From: Dehalococcoidia bacterium | Lineage (GTDB): Bacteria > Chloroflexota > Dehalococcoidia > Lucifugimonadales > UBA3495 | Direction of reading: 5' to 3' | Assembly: GCA_965115955.1 (NCBI GenBank) | Contig: OZ220473.1 | Coordinates: 2,389,463 to 2,453,462, forward strand | DNA length: 64,000 bases | Shown: positions 27,280 to 39,969 of the stretch, piece by piece | Layout of the letters: each line of letters starts with the position of its first letter | Position numbering within the stretch: position 1 is the first letter of the stretch | Position numbers and translations under genes: made by a program | Notes under the pieces: generated by a model | What the model saw: only the letters and a program-made list of their open reading frames with translations | What the model was told of the DNA's origin: nothing | Database searches by the model: none

Positions 27280-29214
27280 ATGATGCCAGACAAGTTCCGC
27301 CCGCGTAGAACTGACAAATCCCCAGGGAGTACCCCCCCCCCCCCCCCCCCGCAGCATTCCAGGGCCGGCGCGGCGATGATGGGCATCCTGCGCGGCATCG
27401 ACCGCAAGCTGATCGGGACGGCCCTGGCCGCCGCCGTGGCGCTGACGCTCGTCGCTGTCCTGCTGATCTACGAATCAGCGTCGCCACGGCCCGTGAGCGC
27501 TCAGGCCTCCAGGAATGCGATCGTCACCAAGGTGGTCATCAACGGCGCCGGCACCGCAGCGACCATAACCTGGCAGAAAGGGCCGGGCTGCTCGTCCGAT
27601 ACTCATTTCAGCACAGTGCATGAAGACTCCCTTGCTCAACCCGTCATTGATTTGAACGGAGCCTCCCTTGGGCAGGGCCTGTACTCGACCCCTGGAAGTT
27701 TCACCGCGCCGGGGTTGACCCCAGGCAAAAGATACAGGCTCACGATAAAAGCCACCGGCTGCGGGAGGGTTGATACACGCTTCTTCTTCACAGCCACAGC
27801 CGGAACGACAATCACCTCCACGCCAGCGCCAACGGCCACGCCAGCGCCAGCTCCCCAGGTGGTTATCACCATCAGTAAGGACGCCGGCAGTGCCGGCAGT
27901 ATAGTGACTGCGTTGGCATCAGATAATTTCAAGGTCGCCCAGGCCCCCCGTCCCAACGGAAACAGGGTAACCATCACTCTGCCGGATGGGGTCTCCTCTG
28001 TGCGGGTGCGCCTGAGATGGACCCCGGCAGCGTCGGGCGACACGCCCCGGAACGAAACACTGGCGGTCGGCGAGCACACCCTCACCGGCACAACGCCCGC
28101 CACCAGCACTAATCCCGATGGCGTAGACTACAGCATAGCGGTAGCTGTGCAGACGGCGGCGAACGCTCCCAAGGTGGTTATCAGCGTTGGGAAACACACC
28201 GGCAGCGCAGTTGCGATACCATCACGTGAGTTAGCCGACAATTTCAGCGGCGTCCGGAATAACCGTGACAAGGTAACCATCACCGCGCCGTATGGGGTAT
28301 CCTCCGTTCGGGTGCGCCTGCAATGGACGCCGGTAGCGGCGGGCGACATACCCCGGGACGTAACACTGAATATCGGCGAGAACACCGTCTCCGGCAAAAC
28401 GCCCGCCACCGACGCTAAACCCCAAGGCGAGAACTACAGCATAACGGTAGTTGTGCAAGCGTCGCCCAACACGCCAACGCCCACCAACACGCCGCCGCCG
28501 GCGCCCACCAGCACGCACACGCCAGCGCCCACCAGCACCCCAGCGCCGACCAACACCAACACCCCGGCGCCGACCAATACGCCAGCGCCCACGAACACCA
28601 ACACGCCGGCGCCCACCAATACCCCAGCGCCAACCAGCACGCCGGCGCCCACCAATACCCCAGCGCCAACCAGCACGCCAGCGCCGACCAACACGCCAGC
28701 GCCAACCAGCACGCCGGCGCCCACCAATACGCCAGCGCCGACGAACACCCCGGCGCCCACCAACACGCTTACACCGACAGGTTCGCCGATGCCGTCGAAC
28801 ACGCCAACGGCCACCACGCCGCCGAACACGAACACGGCCACACCGACAGGTTCGCCGATGCCGTCGAACACGCCAACGGCCACCACGCCGCCGAACACGA
28901 ACACGGCTACACCGACAGGTTCGCCGGCGGCTACGTCGGCGCCGGCAGTCACGCCGACGCCGACAGCCGCGCCGTCCGGCTCGCCGTCGGCGGTGTTCGG
29001 CGTGTTGGGGCCGCGGCTGGCGAGGGTCTGGCATCTGGCATCGGCAACCCAGACGTGGCGGTTCTACGACCCGGAACTGAGCATCGAGGGGATGAACACG
29101 CTGGACAGGGTTTCCGCCGGCCAGATAGTGGTGATCATCATCAGCGGGGAAACCCCGGTCGAGTTTCGGGGCGTAACGCTGTATCCGGGCCTGAACCTGG
29201 TGTTCCTCGAATAG
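27280..29214 (+). CDS. paralog family member E: FN3-like N-domain, 2 beta-rich modules, PT stalk, conserved C-terminal domain
   Basis: 644 aa. Leader fused in frame. Alternative start at 27376. The N-terminal about 470 aa are near-identical to F and similar to B. Contains a duplicated [23 protein letters not shown] block. Confidence 0.85.
   Translation: MMPDKFRPRRTDKSPGSTPPPPPPQHSRAGAAMMGILRGIDRKLIGTALAAAVALTLVAVLLIYESASPRPVSAQASRNAIVTKVVINGAGTAATITWQKGPGCSSDTHFSTVHEDSLAQPVIDLNGASLGQGLYSTPGSFTAPGLTPGKRYRLTIKATGCGRVDTRFFFTATAGTTITSTPAPTATPAPAPQVVITISKDAGSAGSIVTALASDNFKVAQAPRPNGNRVTITLPDGVSSVRVRLRWTPAASGDTPRNETLAVGEHTLTGTTPATSTNPDGVDYSIAVAVQTAANAPKVVISVGKHTGSAVAIPSRELADNFSGVRNNRDKVTITAPYGVSSVRVRLQWTPVAAGDIPRDVTLNIGENTVSGKTPATDAKPQGENYSITVVVQASPNTPTPTNTPPPAPTSTHTPAPTSTPAPTNTNTPAPTNTPAPTNTNTPAPTNTPAPTSTPAPTNTPAPTSTPAPTNTPAPTSTPAPTNTPAPTNTPAPTNTLTPTGSPMPSNTPTATTPPNTNTATPTGSPMPSNTPTATTPPNTNTATPTGSPAATSAPAVTPTPTAAPSGSPSAVFGVLGPRLARVWHLASATQTWRFYDPELSIEGMNTLDRVSAGQIVVIIISGETPVEFRGVTLYPGLNLVFLE
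27332..27350 (+). repeat. homopolymeric tract C19
   Basis: Counted directly. Confidence 0.95.
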
Positions 29215-29278
29215 AGCCGGGGCGCGGCGGGAGCGTTCCCCCGTTGATAAAGCGTTAAAGCCGGTTCGCTGGCAAATC

Positions 29279-29306
29279 AGAGGGGCGGCCCGGATGCCGC
29301 CCCTTC
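29279..29306 (+). terminator. conserved GC hairpin of the family 3' unit (copy E)
   Basis: GAGGGGCGGC-CCGGAT-GCCGCCCCTTC. Confidence 0.5.
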
Positions 29307-29427
29307 AACTTGCGCTTGCCTTACGGGGGCTTCCGCCGTCTGCTCGACGCCGTTGACCTGCATGGCGCTCTTCCGGCGGTAACTTCCGGCCGCGTCTTCC
29401 GTTCGCAACATCCGGCGGCATAGGATG

Positions 29428-29456
29428 TTGACTGCTGGCCTCTGCGGTAATATACT
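29428..29456 (+). promoter_or_regulatory. promoter of member F (TTGACT-17-TATACT) with upstream palindrome
   Basis: -35 at 29428-29433 and -10 at 29451-29456. Confidence 0.6.
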
Positions 29457-29561
29457 GGCTCCAGTCACAGGCGTCGGGCCAGGGCGTCTGCGACTGCTGC
29501 ATCAGGCATCCTTATTCCAGGCATTCCCTGGCCGGGGGCTGAAATTCGGAGATGGTGAAAG

Positions 29562-32933
<3,372 letters not shown>

Positions 32934-32997
32934 AGCCGGAGCGCGGCGGGAGCGTTCCCCCGTTGATAAAGAGGTAAAGCCGGTTCGCTGGCAAATC

Positions 32998-33026
32998 AAA
33001 GGGGCGGCCCGGATGCCGCCCCTTTA
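32998..33026 (+). terminator. conserved GC hairpin of the family 3' unit (copy F)
   Basis: AAAGGGGCGGC-CCGGAT-GCCGCCCCTTT. Confidence 0.5.
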
Positions 33027-33040
33027 ACCCGCAGCCTGCG

Positions 33041-33661
33041 TTACGGGGTGTATCGGGTCAGCTCAGGCCAGAAGCGCTCCTCTTTCCATGGGTCGCCGTT
33101 GTTGTGGTAGCCGCGCTGCTCCCAGAAGCCGGGAGCGTCTTCGGCCATCAGCTCGATGCCGTTGACCCACTTGGCGCTCTTCCAGCCGTAGAGGCTGGGG
33201 ACTATCAGGCGAAGGGGCCAGCCATGGCTCTTTCCCAAGGGCTGCCCTCCCTGCTTGTGGGCCAGTAATCCTTCGTCCAGCGCAAGGCCCAGCGGCAGAT
33301 TGGCGCTGTAGCCGCCGAAGCAGTGAGCCATGATGTATTTGCTTTGAGGCGAAACTCCCGCCAGGGATAACAGGTCGGCCAGCGCCGCGCCTTCCCAGGT
33401 CTGGTCCAGCGCGCTCCACTGGGTTACGCAGTGGAAGTCTGCGTCCAGCGTCTGCCAGGGCAGTTCGGTGAATTCCCGCCAGTCGAGGGTTACTTCCTTT
33501 TCCACCAGGCCGAATACCTTGATCCGCCAGGCGCTGATGTCGATCTCCGGCTCCGGGCCGTAGGTGAGCACCGGGAACCTGCTGGTTACGAACTGGCCGG
33601 GCGGCACCCGCTGGCCGTAGCCCTGGTCGGGCGCTTTCTTTACCTGGTCCGGGCGCTTCAT
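33041..33661 (-). CDS. small sulfite-oxidase-fold molybdopterin oxidoreductase (YedY/MsrP-like catalytic domain)
   Basis: About 206 aa from ATG 33661 (SD GGGAGG). FHCVTQWS (Mo-ligand Cys context), GWPLRLIVP and YGWKSAKWV motifs. No obvious signal peptide. Confidence 0.75.
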   Translation of the reverse strand: MKRPDQVKKAPDQGYGQRVPPGQFVTSRFPVLTYGPEPEIDISAWRIKVFGLVEKEVTLDWREFTELPWQTLDADFHCVTQWSALDQTWEGAALADLLSLAGVSPQSKYIMAHCFGGYSANLPLGLALDEGLLAHKQGGQPLGKSHGWPLRLIVPSLYGWKSAKWVNGIELMAEDAPGFWEQRGYHNNGDPWKEERFWPELTRYTP

Positions 33662-33707
33662 GCGCTGCCTCCCAATGAGAAAATATGGGCAGAGAAGATT
33701 GGCCGGC

Positions 33708-34754
33708 CTAGGGCAGCGCCCTGATGCGTCCCGGGTCTCCGCCGGTAATGGAGCCAATCTCTGCGCGGGTGGCTACTCCGCGCGCTTCAAGAGCGTTCAG
33801 CAGCAGGGAAAGGCGCTCTCGCGGCGCCGAAATCAGCAGCCCTCCAGAGGTCTGGGCGTCGCAGAGCAGCAGGCGGTCGCTGGCGGTCAGGGATTCGTCC
33901 CAATCGACGCATTCTTCCACGCCGGCCTGGTTCCGGTGGGTGCCGCCGGGCGCGACGCCCTGGTCCAGCAGTTCTGCCGTTCCGGGGAGAGCGGGTATCG
34001 CCGAGGCGCTGATAACGGCGCTTGCCCGGCTGGCCTGGAGCATTCCCGCCAGATGCCCCATCAGGCCGAAGCCGGTGATGTCGGTGCAGGCGTTGACCCC
34101 GACCTCCATCATGGACTCGGAGGCGGCGCGGTTGAGAGCGGACATGGCGCTCACAGCCGCTTCCACCGATCCGGGCGGGGCAACGCCCGCCTTGAGGCCG
34201 GTGGTGACGATGCCGGTGCCGATGGGCTTGGTGAGCACAAGAACGTCTCCGGGCCGGGCGCCGGCGTTGGACACCTGGCGTCCCGGCTCCACCAGCCCGA
34301 CCACCGACAGGCCGTATTTGGGTTCGCTGTCGTCGATAGTGTGTCCGCCGACGATGAGGCAGTTGGCCTCGGCGGCTTTATCGTAACCGCCGCGAAGCAC
34401 GTCGCCCAGCATATCGCCGGCGAGCGCGGCGGGGAAGCCGACCACGTTCAGGGCAACGAGAGGCTTGCCGCCCATGGCGTATATGTCGCTCAGCGAGTTG
34501 GCGGCGGCGACCGAGCCGAACTCGTAGGGGTCGTCGGTGATGGGCGTGAAGAAGTCCACCGTCACCACCAGGGCGGTCTTATCGTCCAGCCGGTAGACGG
34601 CGGCGTCGTCGCCTGTGGCCGAACCCACCAGCAGGTCGGGATGGTCAGTAACGGGCAGTTTGCTTAGAACCTGAACCAGGTCCTTCCGGCTAAGCTTGGC
34701 CGCTCAACCGGCACAGTGTGACAGATCGGTCAGGCGGACGGGAACATCGACCAT
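33708..34754 (-). CDS. selD: selenide, water dikinase SelD, itself a selenoprotein (Sec at codon 17)
   Basis: The track ORF 33708-34628 lacks the N-terminus. Upstream reading from ATG 34754 (SD AAGGAG, TATAAT further upstream) gives MVDVPVRLTDLSHCAG-U-AAKLSRKDLVQVLSKLPVTDHPDLLVGSATGDDAAVY.., with TGA at 34704-34706 in the position of E. coli Cys17. AIR-synthase-like body (DFFTPI, GGHTIDD). Confidence 0.85.
34662..34695 (-). promoter_or_regulatory. SECIS-like hairpin of selD
   Basis: mRNA sense GCUUAG-CCGGAAG-GACCUG-GUU-CAGGUU-CUAAGC. The apical loop lies 27 nt after the UGA. Confidence 0.55.
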
Positions 34755-34900
34755 CGCCGCGCTCCTTGCATGGTGGATTTCCCGCCATTATACCGCAGCG
34801 CGGGAAGGGGCGGGCGATACAGGATGTGGCTTTATATTGCCTGGAATGATACAGTAGCGCATTACCCTTGATTATTCCGCTTGATTCTCCGGGGGGCTGG

Positions 34901-36421
34901 ATGCCGGGATTCATCGCCAACTACAAGGCAGTCGTCAATACGGTGGAACGCAGGCAGGTTCTGACGGCGATGACCGGGGGGCAGCTTCTGGTGCAGCTCT
35001 CCAGCCTGCCGGTAACGCTGGCCCTGCCCAGCATCGCCCGCGACTTCGGCTATTCGGTTGACGATGCGGCCTGGATAGTTATCGCCAACCTCCTGGTGCT
35101 GGGCAGCACGGTGTTTCTGGGGGCGCGCCTCGGCGACCGGTTTGGTCACCCCAAAGTTTTCTTCCTGGGAACCATCATTATCACCGTTGGCGCGGTGGGA
35201 ATCGTCGCCGCCCAGGAACTCTCGCACGTGATTGTATTGCGGGGGATTCAAGGGCTCGGGGCCGGGCTGATACACGGCAACGGCAACGCCATGCTGGCTT
35301 TCGCCTTCCCTTCCGATGAGCGCGGCCGGGCCTACGCTTTCCCCATCACCGGGTCGCGCATCGGCACGTTCATCGGCGTGGGCTTCTTCGGGGTATTGCT
35401 CCAGTTCGCCAACTGGGACTCCTTTGCCGGCTGGCGGCTGGTGTTCCTGACCATGCTGCCCATCGGACTGGTTGTGATCAAATCGTGTCTGCCGGTGGTT
35501 CGGCGCAACGGCGAAGCCATCATCGACAAAGAAAGGCCGATAGACTACGTTGGGGCGATTCTGCTGGTGTCGCTCTCGGCGGCGTTCATTCTATCGGGCA
35601 GCCATCTGCACGGCGGTGAGGAATCATACACTTCGGCTGATGCCCTCTCGTATCACCTGCCGATGCATGGGCTGACCATTGCGCTGCTGGCGGCGTTCAT
35701 ATTCGTTGAGCGGCGCATCGAGCATCCTTTCGTGGAGTTCCAACACTTCCGGCAGAAGTATTTCACGCTGGCGATAGTATCCAATGCGATGTTCCACCTA
35801 TCGATGATGGCGACTATGGTCCTGGTGCCGATTATGATTGAGGAAGGGCTGGGGAAGTCGCCGATATTTGTTACGGCAGTGCTGCTGCCGCATCAGTCGT
35901 TCGGTATCTGGCTGCCGGCCATCGCCGGGTTCATCCACGACAAGTTCAACCCGAGGCTGCTGCGAACGGCCTGTATGCTGTCGATTGCGTCGGGGTTCGT
36001 TCTTTTGGCCCTGTTCGCCGGGACGGTGCCCTTCTGGGGGCTTCCTTTCCTGCTGTTCCCCATATCCGTAGGCACCAATATATTCAACACGGTGAATAAC
36101 GCCACGGTGATGAGCACGCTGCCGACGGAGAACCGCGGCTTCGCCTCTGGTATGCTGGAAACTACGCGCGATATGGGGCATGCTACGGGCGCCACCATTT
36201 CCTCGTTCATAATGGCGCTGATCGTTCCAGCGACTATAGGACTGATGCTGCCGTCAGAGGCTCAGAAGCTGCACCTGGAAGGCTTCCAGATTTCGGCGCT
36301 GACGGTGGTGGGCATTATGACGGCAGGGGCTGTTATTGCTGCCTTCCACCGCCCGTACCGTCCGCCGGCAGCCCCCGCCGCCGGAGGGCGGAAAGCCCAG
36401 GCAGGAGCGGCGGCAGACTGA
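34901..36421 (+). CDS. MFS transporter (14-TM drug/H+ antiporter-like)
   Basis: About 506 aa, many TM helices, LGDRFGHPKVF motif. ATG 34901 is preferred over TTG 34868. Confidence 0.75.
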   Translation: MPGFIANYKAVVNTVERRQVLTAMTGGQLLVQLSSLPVTLALPSIARDFGYSVDDAAWIVIANLLVLGSTVFLGARLGDRFGHPKVFFLGTIIITVGAVGIVAAQELSHVIVLRGIQGLGAGLIHGNGNAMLAFAFPSDERGRAYAFPITGSRIGTFIGVGFFGVLLQFANWDSFAGWRLVFLTMLPIGLVVIKSCLPVVRRNGEAIIDKERPIDYVGAILLVSLSAAFILSGSHLHGGEESYTSADALSYHLPMHGLTIALLAAFIFVERRIEHPFVEFQHFRQKYFTLAIVSNAMFHLSMMATMVLVPIMIEEGLGKSPIFVTAVLLPHQSFGIWLPAIAGFIHDKFNPRLLRTACMLSIASGFVLLALFAGTVPFWGLPFLLFPISVGTNIFNTVNNATVMSTLPTENRGFASGMLETTRDMGHATGATISSFIMALIVPATIGLMLPSEAQKLHLEGFQISALTVVGIMTAGAVIAAFHRPYRPPAAPAAGGRKAQAGAAAD

Positions 36422-36567
36422 CGGGAAGCCGGGTTGCGAGCGCATAGAGATGCGGGGGCTTCCACATGAGCCCCCGCTATGGCGCGCGATGACAGCCGCC
36501 GTTCATCCTGATTCTTGCCTGCCGCGGTTTTGACGCAGTTCAGGATGAGCGCGCTCCGGTCAACCGG

Positions 36568-37443
36568 TCAGCCTTCCCGGATGTACTTGTCGATGGCGTC
36601 GGGAACGCCGGCGAGGTAGATGTCGCCATGCGAATCGATCCAGCTTCCGTGTCCGGACCCCCGGCAGTCGAAGCGTGCCAGCACGCCGCCCGACGGGTCC
36701 AGGATGCTGATGCGGGCGGAGCTGCCGTCCACCTGGCCTTCACTGACCAGGAAGTTGCCCTCGGGGTCTCGGGATATGTCCATTGGGCGCTGGATGTCGT
36801 TCCAGAACTCGATGAACTCGCCGTTCAGGGTGAACAATTGGATGCGGTGGTTCTCCCGGTCGCAGACGATGATGCGGTCGCCGTCGATGATCAGGCTGTG
36901 GGGCAGGTGGAAATGGTTTGCCTCGACCTTGCCCGGCTCTCCCCACGACTGCACCAGTTGCCCCTCTGCGGTGAAGCGGTGGACCCGCGAGTTCCGGTAG
37001 CCGTCGGCAACGTACAGCTCGCCTGAAGGCGACGGCACCAGCTCGGCGGGATAGTTGAACGGCCCGGCGGCGCGCGGCACCAGGTCTCCCGGGTTCTCGC
37101 AGCCGGTGTCGGAATGGCGCCCGTGGCGTCCCAGCATCTGTATCGGCTTGCCGTCGAGGGTATACATAATGCAGGTGGAGGCGTCGCGGTCGGTAACGTA
37201 GACCACGTCGCCCTCGATGTAGAAACCGTGGGCGAAGAGGAAGGAGCCGTTGCCCCAGGAATCTTGCAGGTTGCCGTCGCGGTCGAAGATGAGAACGGGC
37301 GGCTCCTTGCGCTGGAAGGCGTAGACGCGGTCCTGGGAGTCGGTGGCGATGGCGCTGACCATGGCAAATGTCTCGCCCTCGGGCAGCCTGGCCCAGTTTT
37401 CCTCCAGGGTATAGGTATAGCGGCCGGAACCCAGCGTGGTCAT
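36568..37443 (-). CDS. NHL-repeat beta-propeller protein
   Basis: 291 aa. Repeated ..P.g...d..G..yV.D..n.Ri..f.. blades (VYVTDRDAS, LYVADGYRNSRVHRF, IIVCDRENHRIQLF). Confidence 0.75.
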   Translation of the reverse strand: MTTLGSGRYTYTLEENWARLPEGETFAMVSAIATDSQDRVYAFQRKEPPVLIFDRDGNLQDSWGNGSFLFAHGFYIEGDVVYVTDRDASTCIMYTLDGKPIQMLGRHGRHSDTGCENPGDLVPRAAGPFNYPAELVPSPSGELYVADGYRNSRVHRFTAEGQLVQSWGEPGKVEANHFHLPHSLIIDGDRIIVCDRENHRIQLFTLNGEFIEFWNDIQRPMDISRDPEGNFLVSEGQVDGSSARISILDPSGGVLARFDCRGSGHGSWIDSHGDIYLAGVPDAIDKYIREG

Positions 37444-37631
37444 GTTAGCCTCCTTTCGGGGTTTGGCAGGTGTGGCAAGCTATTGTACATCGTAGCTCCA
37501 ACTGCTGCTGGAGCGCATGATGCGAAGGTGGGTTAGCAGCGGCTCCTCGGGCAGGCCGAGGGCGGCTATGTGAAGACGGTCAATTTCCGCAATCAGGTCG
37601 GGCTTCCGGTGTATCACCATCGTGAATCTGA

Positions 37632-38375
37632 CTATATGTGCCCGTCCTGTCGCAGTTGCTCTATGACCATCCCCACTATTCCGGAGTATTCACAGGATTG
37701 TTGAGTGAAGTAATCAGCGAAAGCCGGTCGGTCCACTGGCGCCAGCGATAAAAGCCCTTTTGCAAAGTCGGTCATCAAGTGGAAGCGATCATACATTACA
37801 TCCAGTTTGTTCAATCCCAAGTCTTTGATAGTTTGCCATGCTCTCTGGCGGGCGTCTCCTGTCAGGCCAGGTTTCGGGATAATCTCTCCGGTGGCCGCAT
37901 CATAGTCAAAATATCGATCAGGGCACTCTGCAACTTCTGCGGCGGCCGGGTCGACGTACCCCAGATGAGGCCAGTTGTCCTTTTTGTTTTCTACGTTGCA
38001 CCGTCGGCAACTGAAAGCCCAGTTAGACCACTCATAAGCTAACTTCGGGAAACGGCTGAGGGGCCGGAAGTGGTCAACCGTGGGCGCCCGCCCGCCGGTT
38101 TCGGCATCGCATTGCCGCTCACAATACCAGCACATATGGCCGCTTCGGCTGGCCAGAGCCGGCCGGAATTTCGACCACTCAAAATCGGAAGGCCGCTCGC
38201 CGGTTCTGTTCTGAAAGTAATTCGCCCAGCCCTGCGTATACAGCCGGCGTAATCCTGCAACCCTGAGGGCCGCCTCGCCGGTTCTGTTCTGAAAGTAATC
38301 CACCCAGCCCTGGGTATACAGTTGTCGTAATCCGGCAACCTCCGCAGGTTCCGGCCCCCGGTCAATACAGCGCAA
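37632..38375 (-). CDS. ptuB: HNH endonuclease, PtuB-like (Septu defence partner)
   Basis: 247 aa. CWYCERQC..VDHFRP..WSNWAFSCRRCNVENK HNH core. Starts 6 nt after the stop of the upstream ATPase. The N-terminus carries a 26-aa tandem duplication. Confidence 0.6.
   Translation of the reverse strand: MRCIDRGPEPAEVAGLRQLYTQGWVDYFQNRTGEAALRVAGLRRLYTQGWANYFQNRTGERPSDFEWSKFRPALASRSGHMCWYCERQCDAETGGRAPTVDHFRPLSRFPKLAYEWSNWAFSCRRCNVENKKDNWPHLGYVDPAAAEVAECPDRYFDYDAATGEIIPKPGLTGDARQRAWQTIKDLGLNKLDVMYDRFHLMTDFAKGLLSLAPVDRPAFADYFTQQSCEYSGIVGMVIEQLRQDGHI
38196..38351. repeat. 2 x 78-nt in-frame tandem duplication inside the HNH gene
   Basis: Encodes VAGLRQLYTQGWVDYFQNRTGEAALR / VAGLRRLYTQGWANYFQNRTGERPSD. 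Roughly 88% nucleotide identity by eye. Confidence 0.85.
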
Positions 38376-38380
38376 CCCGA

Positions 38381-39586
38381 TTATCCTCCGTCTTGGGACA
38401 AGTCGGATTGCCGGGAAAGGAGGAAACGCTGCATCAAGCCTGCGTAGCGTTCCTGCTGAGCCTCCAGCGGGCCGCTTTTGTTTAGGAAGGTTTGATTTAC
38501 CTGATAGCGCAACTCGTTCAGTTCGTCCTCTTCCCCGGTAGTCAGCGTTTCCTTTTCGCGGAGCTGCCGCAATCGCTCGGCCCGGTCTACGGTGAGCTGG
38601 TCGGTAGGCTCGTCCACGCCCATCATTGTGCGCAGGATTTCGTCGGCGGTCCAGCCGATGATGTCCTCGGTGTTGGCGGTGGCGGTGACGACGCCGTTCT
38701 CGTCGCGGTTCAGCAGGTGCACCTGCCCTGCCTTCAGCCCGGCGACGACGAAGGGCGAGTGAGTAGTGGCGAAGATCTGCAAGCGGGGGAAATGCTCCAG
38801 CAGCGCCGGGATTACGCGGCGCTGCCAGGTGGGGTGCAGGTGGTTCTCGATTTCGTCTATGAGGAGGATGGCGGGCATGTCAAACAGATCGAAATTGTAA
38901 TGACCTGCCATTTCAATAGCCAGAGCGTAAATCCACAAAAGGGTGCTTTGGGTACCCGAACTCAGTACGCCAGCGTGTAACGGCTCTCCACGAGCATCGT
39001 CAATAGTGCCTATCCCCATAGCGTGGTGAAGGTCCACAAACCGCCCTCGTTTTTCGTTATAGCCGGTTTCGATATGAGGGTGAGGCCCGTCTTGTATAAT
39101 CTCACGGCAGATGCTCTGGGCGCATCTGAATCCGTGGTTCAAAGCGGACTCCATGTCCGACCCACGAACCTCGTCGAGATGCAGCGCGTCTATAGCTCTT
39201 TGAATATATGTGCCATTCAGGACTTCTGAATAGCTTATGGTAAAGGGTGGCCTGAAGTCGCTGATGTAGTCGTCGTTAGGCACAAGCCCGATGTTTATGC
39301 GGGTGGCGGGTATGTAGGTCAGGGGTGCCGGATACGAGGTCGACCAAATGGCTACTTGCCCGACGTTGCCGTTTATTTCCACCTCGGTCATACGGCCAGT
39401 TGAACCAAGTTCGTCTCTTGCGACCTCGCCGTTCCACTCCGTGGAATAAAACTCCTTTATACTGCGAAGGATGGTGCTCTTGCCGGTCCCGTTCGGCCCT
39501 ACGAACAGATTTACCCGTTCGTTGCAATGAACCAGAATTTTCTTTATGGGCGGCAGCTCCTGTATGGAAAACCCTGTAATGGGCAT
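38381..39586 (-). CDS. ptuA: AAA/ABC-type ATPase, PtuA-like (Septu defence partner)
   Basis: Walker A GPNGTGKST, Walker B ILLIDEIENHLHP, FATTHSPFVV. ATG 39586 (MPITGFSIQEL..) is preferred. The track start 39835 adds 83 unlikely residues. Confidence 0.6.
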   Translation of the reverse strand: MPITGFSIQELPPIKKILVHCNERVNLFVGPNGTGKSTILRSIKEFYSTEWNGEVARDELGSTGRMTEVEINGNVGQVAIWSTSYPAPLTYIPATRINIGLVPNDDYISDFRPPFTISYSEVLNGTYIQRAIDALHLDEVRGSDMESALNHGFRCAQSICREIIQDGPHPHIETGYNEKRGRFVDLHHAMGIGTIDDARGEPLHAGVLSSGTQSTLLWIYALAIEMAGHYNFDLFDMPAILLIDEIENHLHPTWQRRVIPALLEHFPRLQIFATTHSPFVVAGLKAGQVHLLNRDENGVVTATANTEDIIGWTADEILRTMMGVDEPTDQLTVDRAERLRQLREKETLTTGEEDELNELRYQVNQTFLNKSGPLEAQQERYAGLMQRFLLSRQSDLSQDGG

Positions 39587-39969
39587 AACCACAGACCCCA
39601 GCCTGTTAAACTCCCTGGCCGCGCCATGATACCCCAACGTCAATGGAGCGGCAACGATGCCCCGCAGCCTCCCGGAGTCCGCCCTGTGGCCGACTCCAGA
39701 CCTTTGAGCGGTTGGCGCGGCGATGAATGGAAACAGAAATGCCCCCGCTGCGCTGGCGTCGATCAGACAGCGAAACGTCCGGCATACGGGAGCATCATTA
39801 TCATGGGCCAGCAGGTCTTGCCTCGGCTGCTGCAAAGGCCCGATAGTGGTTTGTAGTGCCGGTTATGGAGCCGCGATCTGCCGCCGGCGCGAAGATCCCA
39901 TCGGGACTCCCGAGGGGAAAGGGATTCGTTAGTAACCCTGATATTGAGTGCGCGCTTGCCTGGCAGCGC

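Noticed and set aside
39587-39969. A possible retron ncRNA, reverse transcriptase or extra component upstream of the PtuA-like gene, and the 83-aa N-terminal extension of ORF 38381-39835
   Set aside because: No reverse transcriptase ORF lies anywhere nearby and I could find no convincing long inverted repeats. The extension has no ATPase homology, and the Walker A motif sits at the normal distance from ATG 39586.
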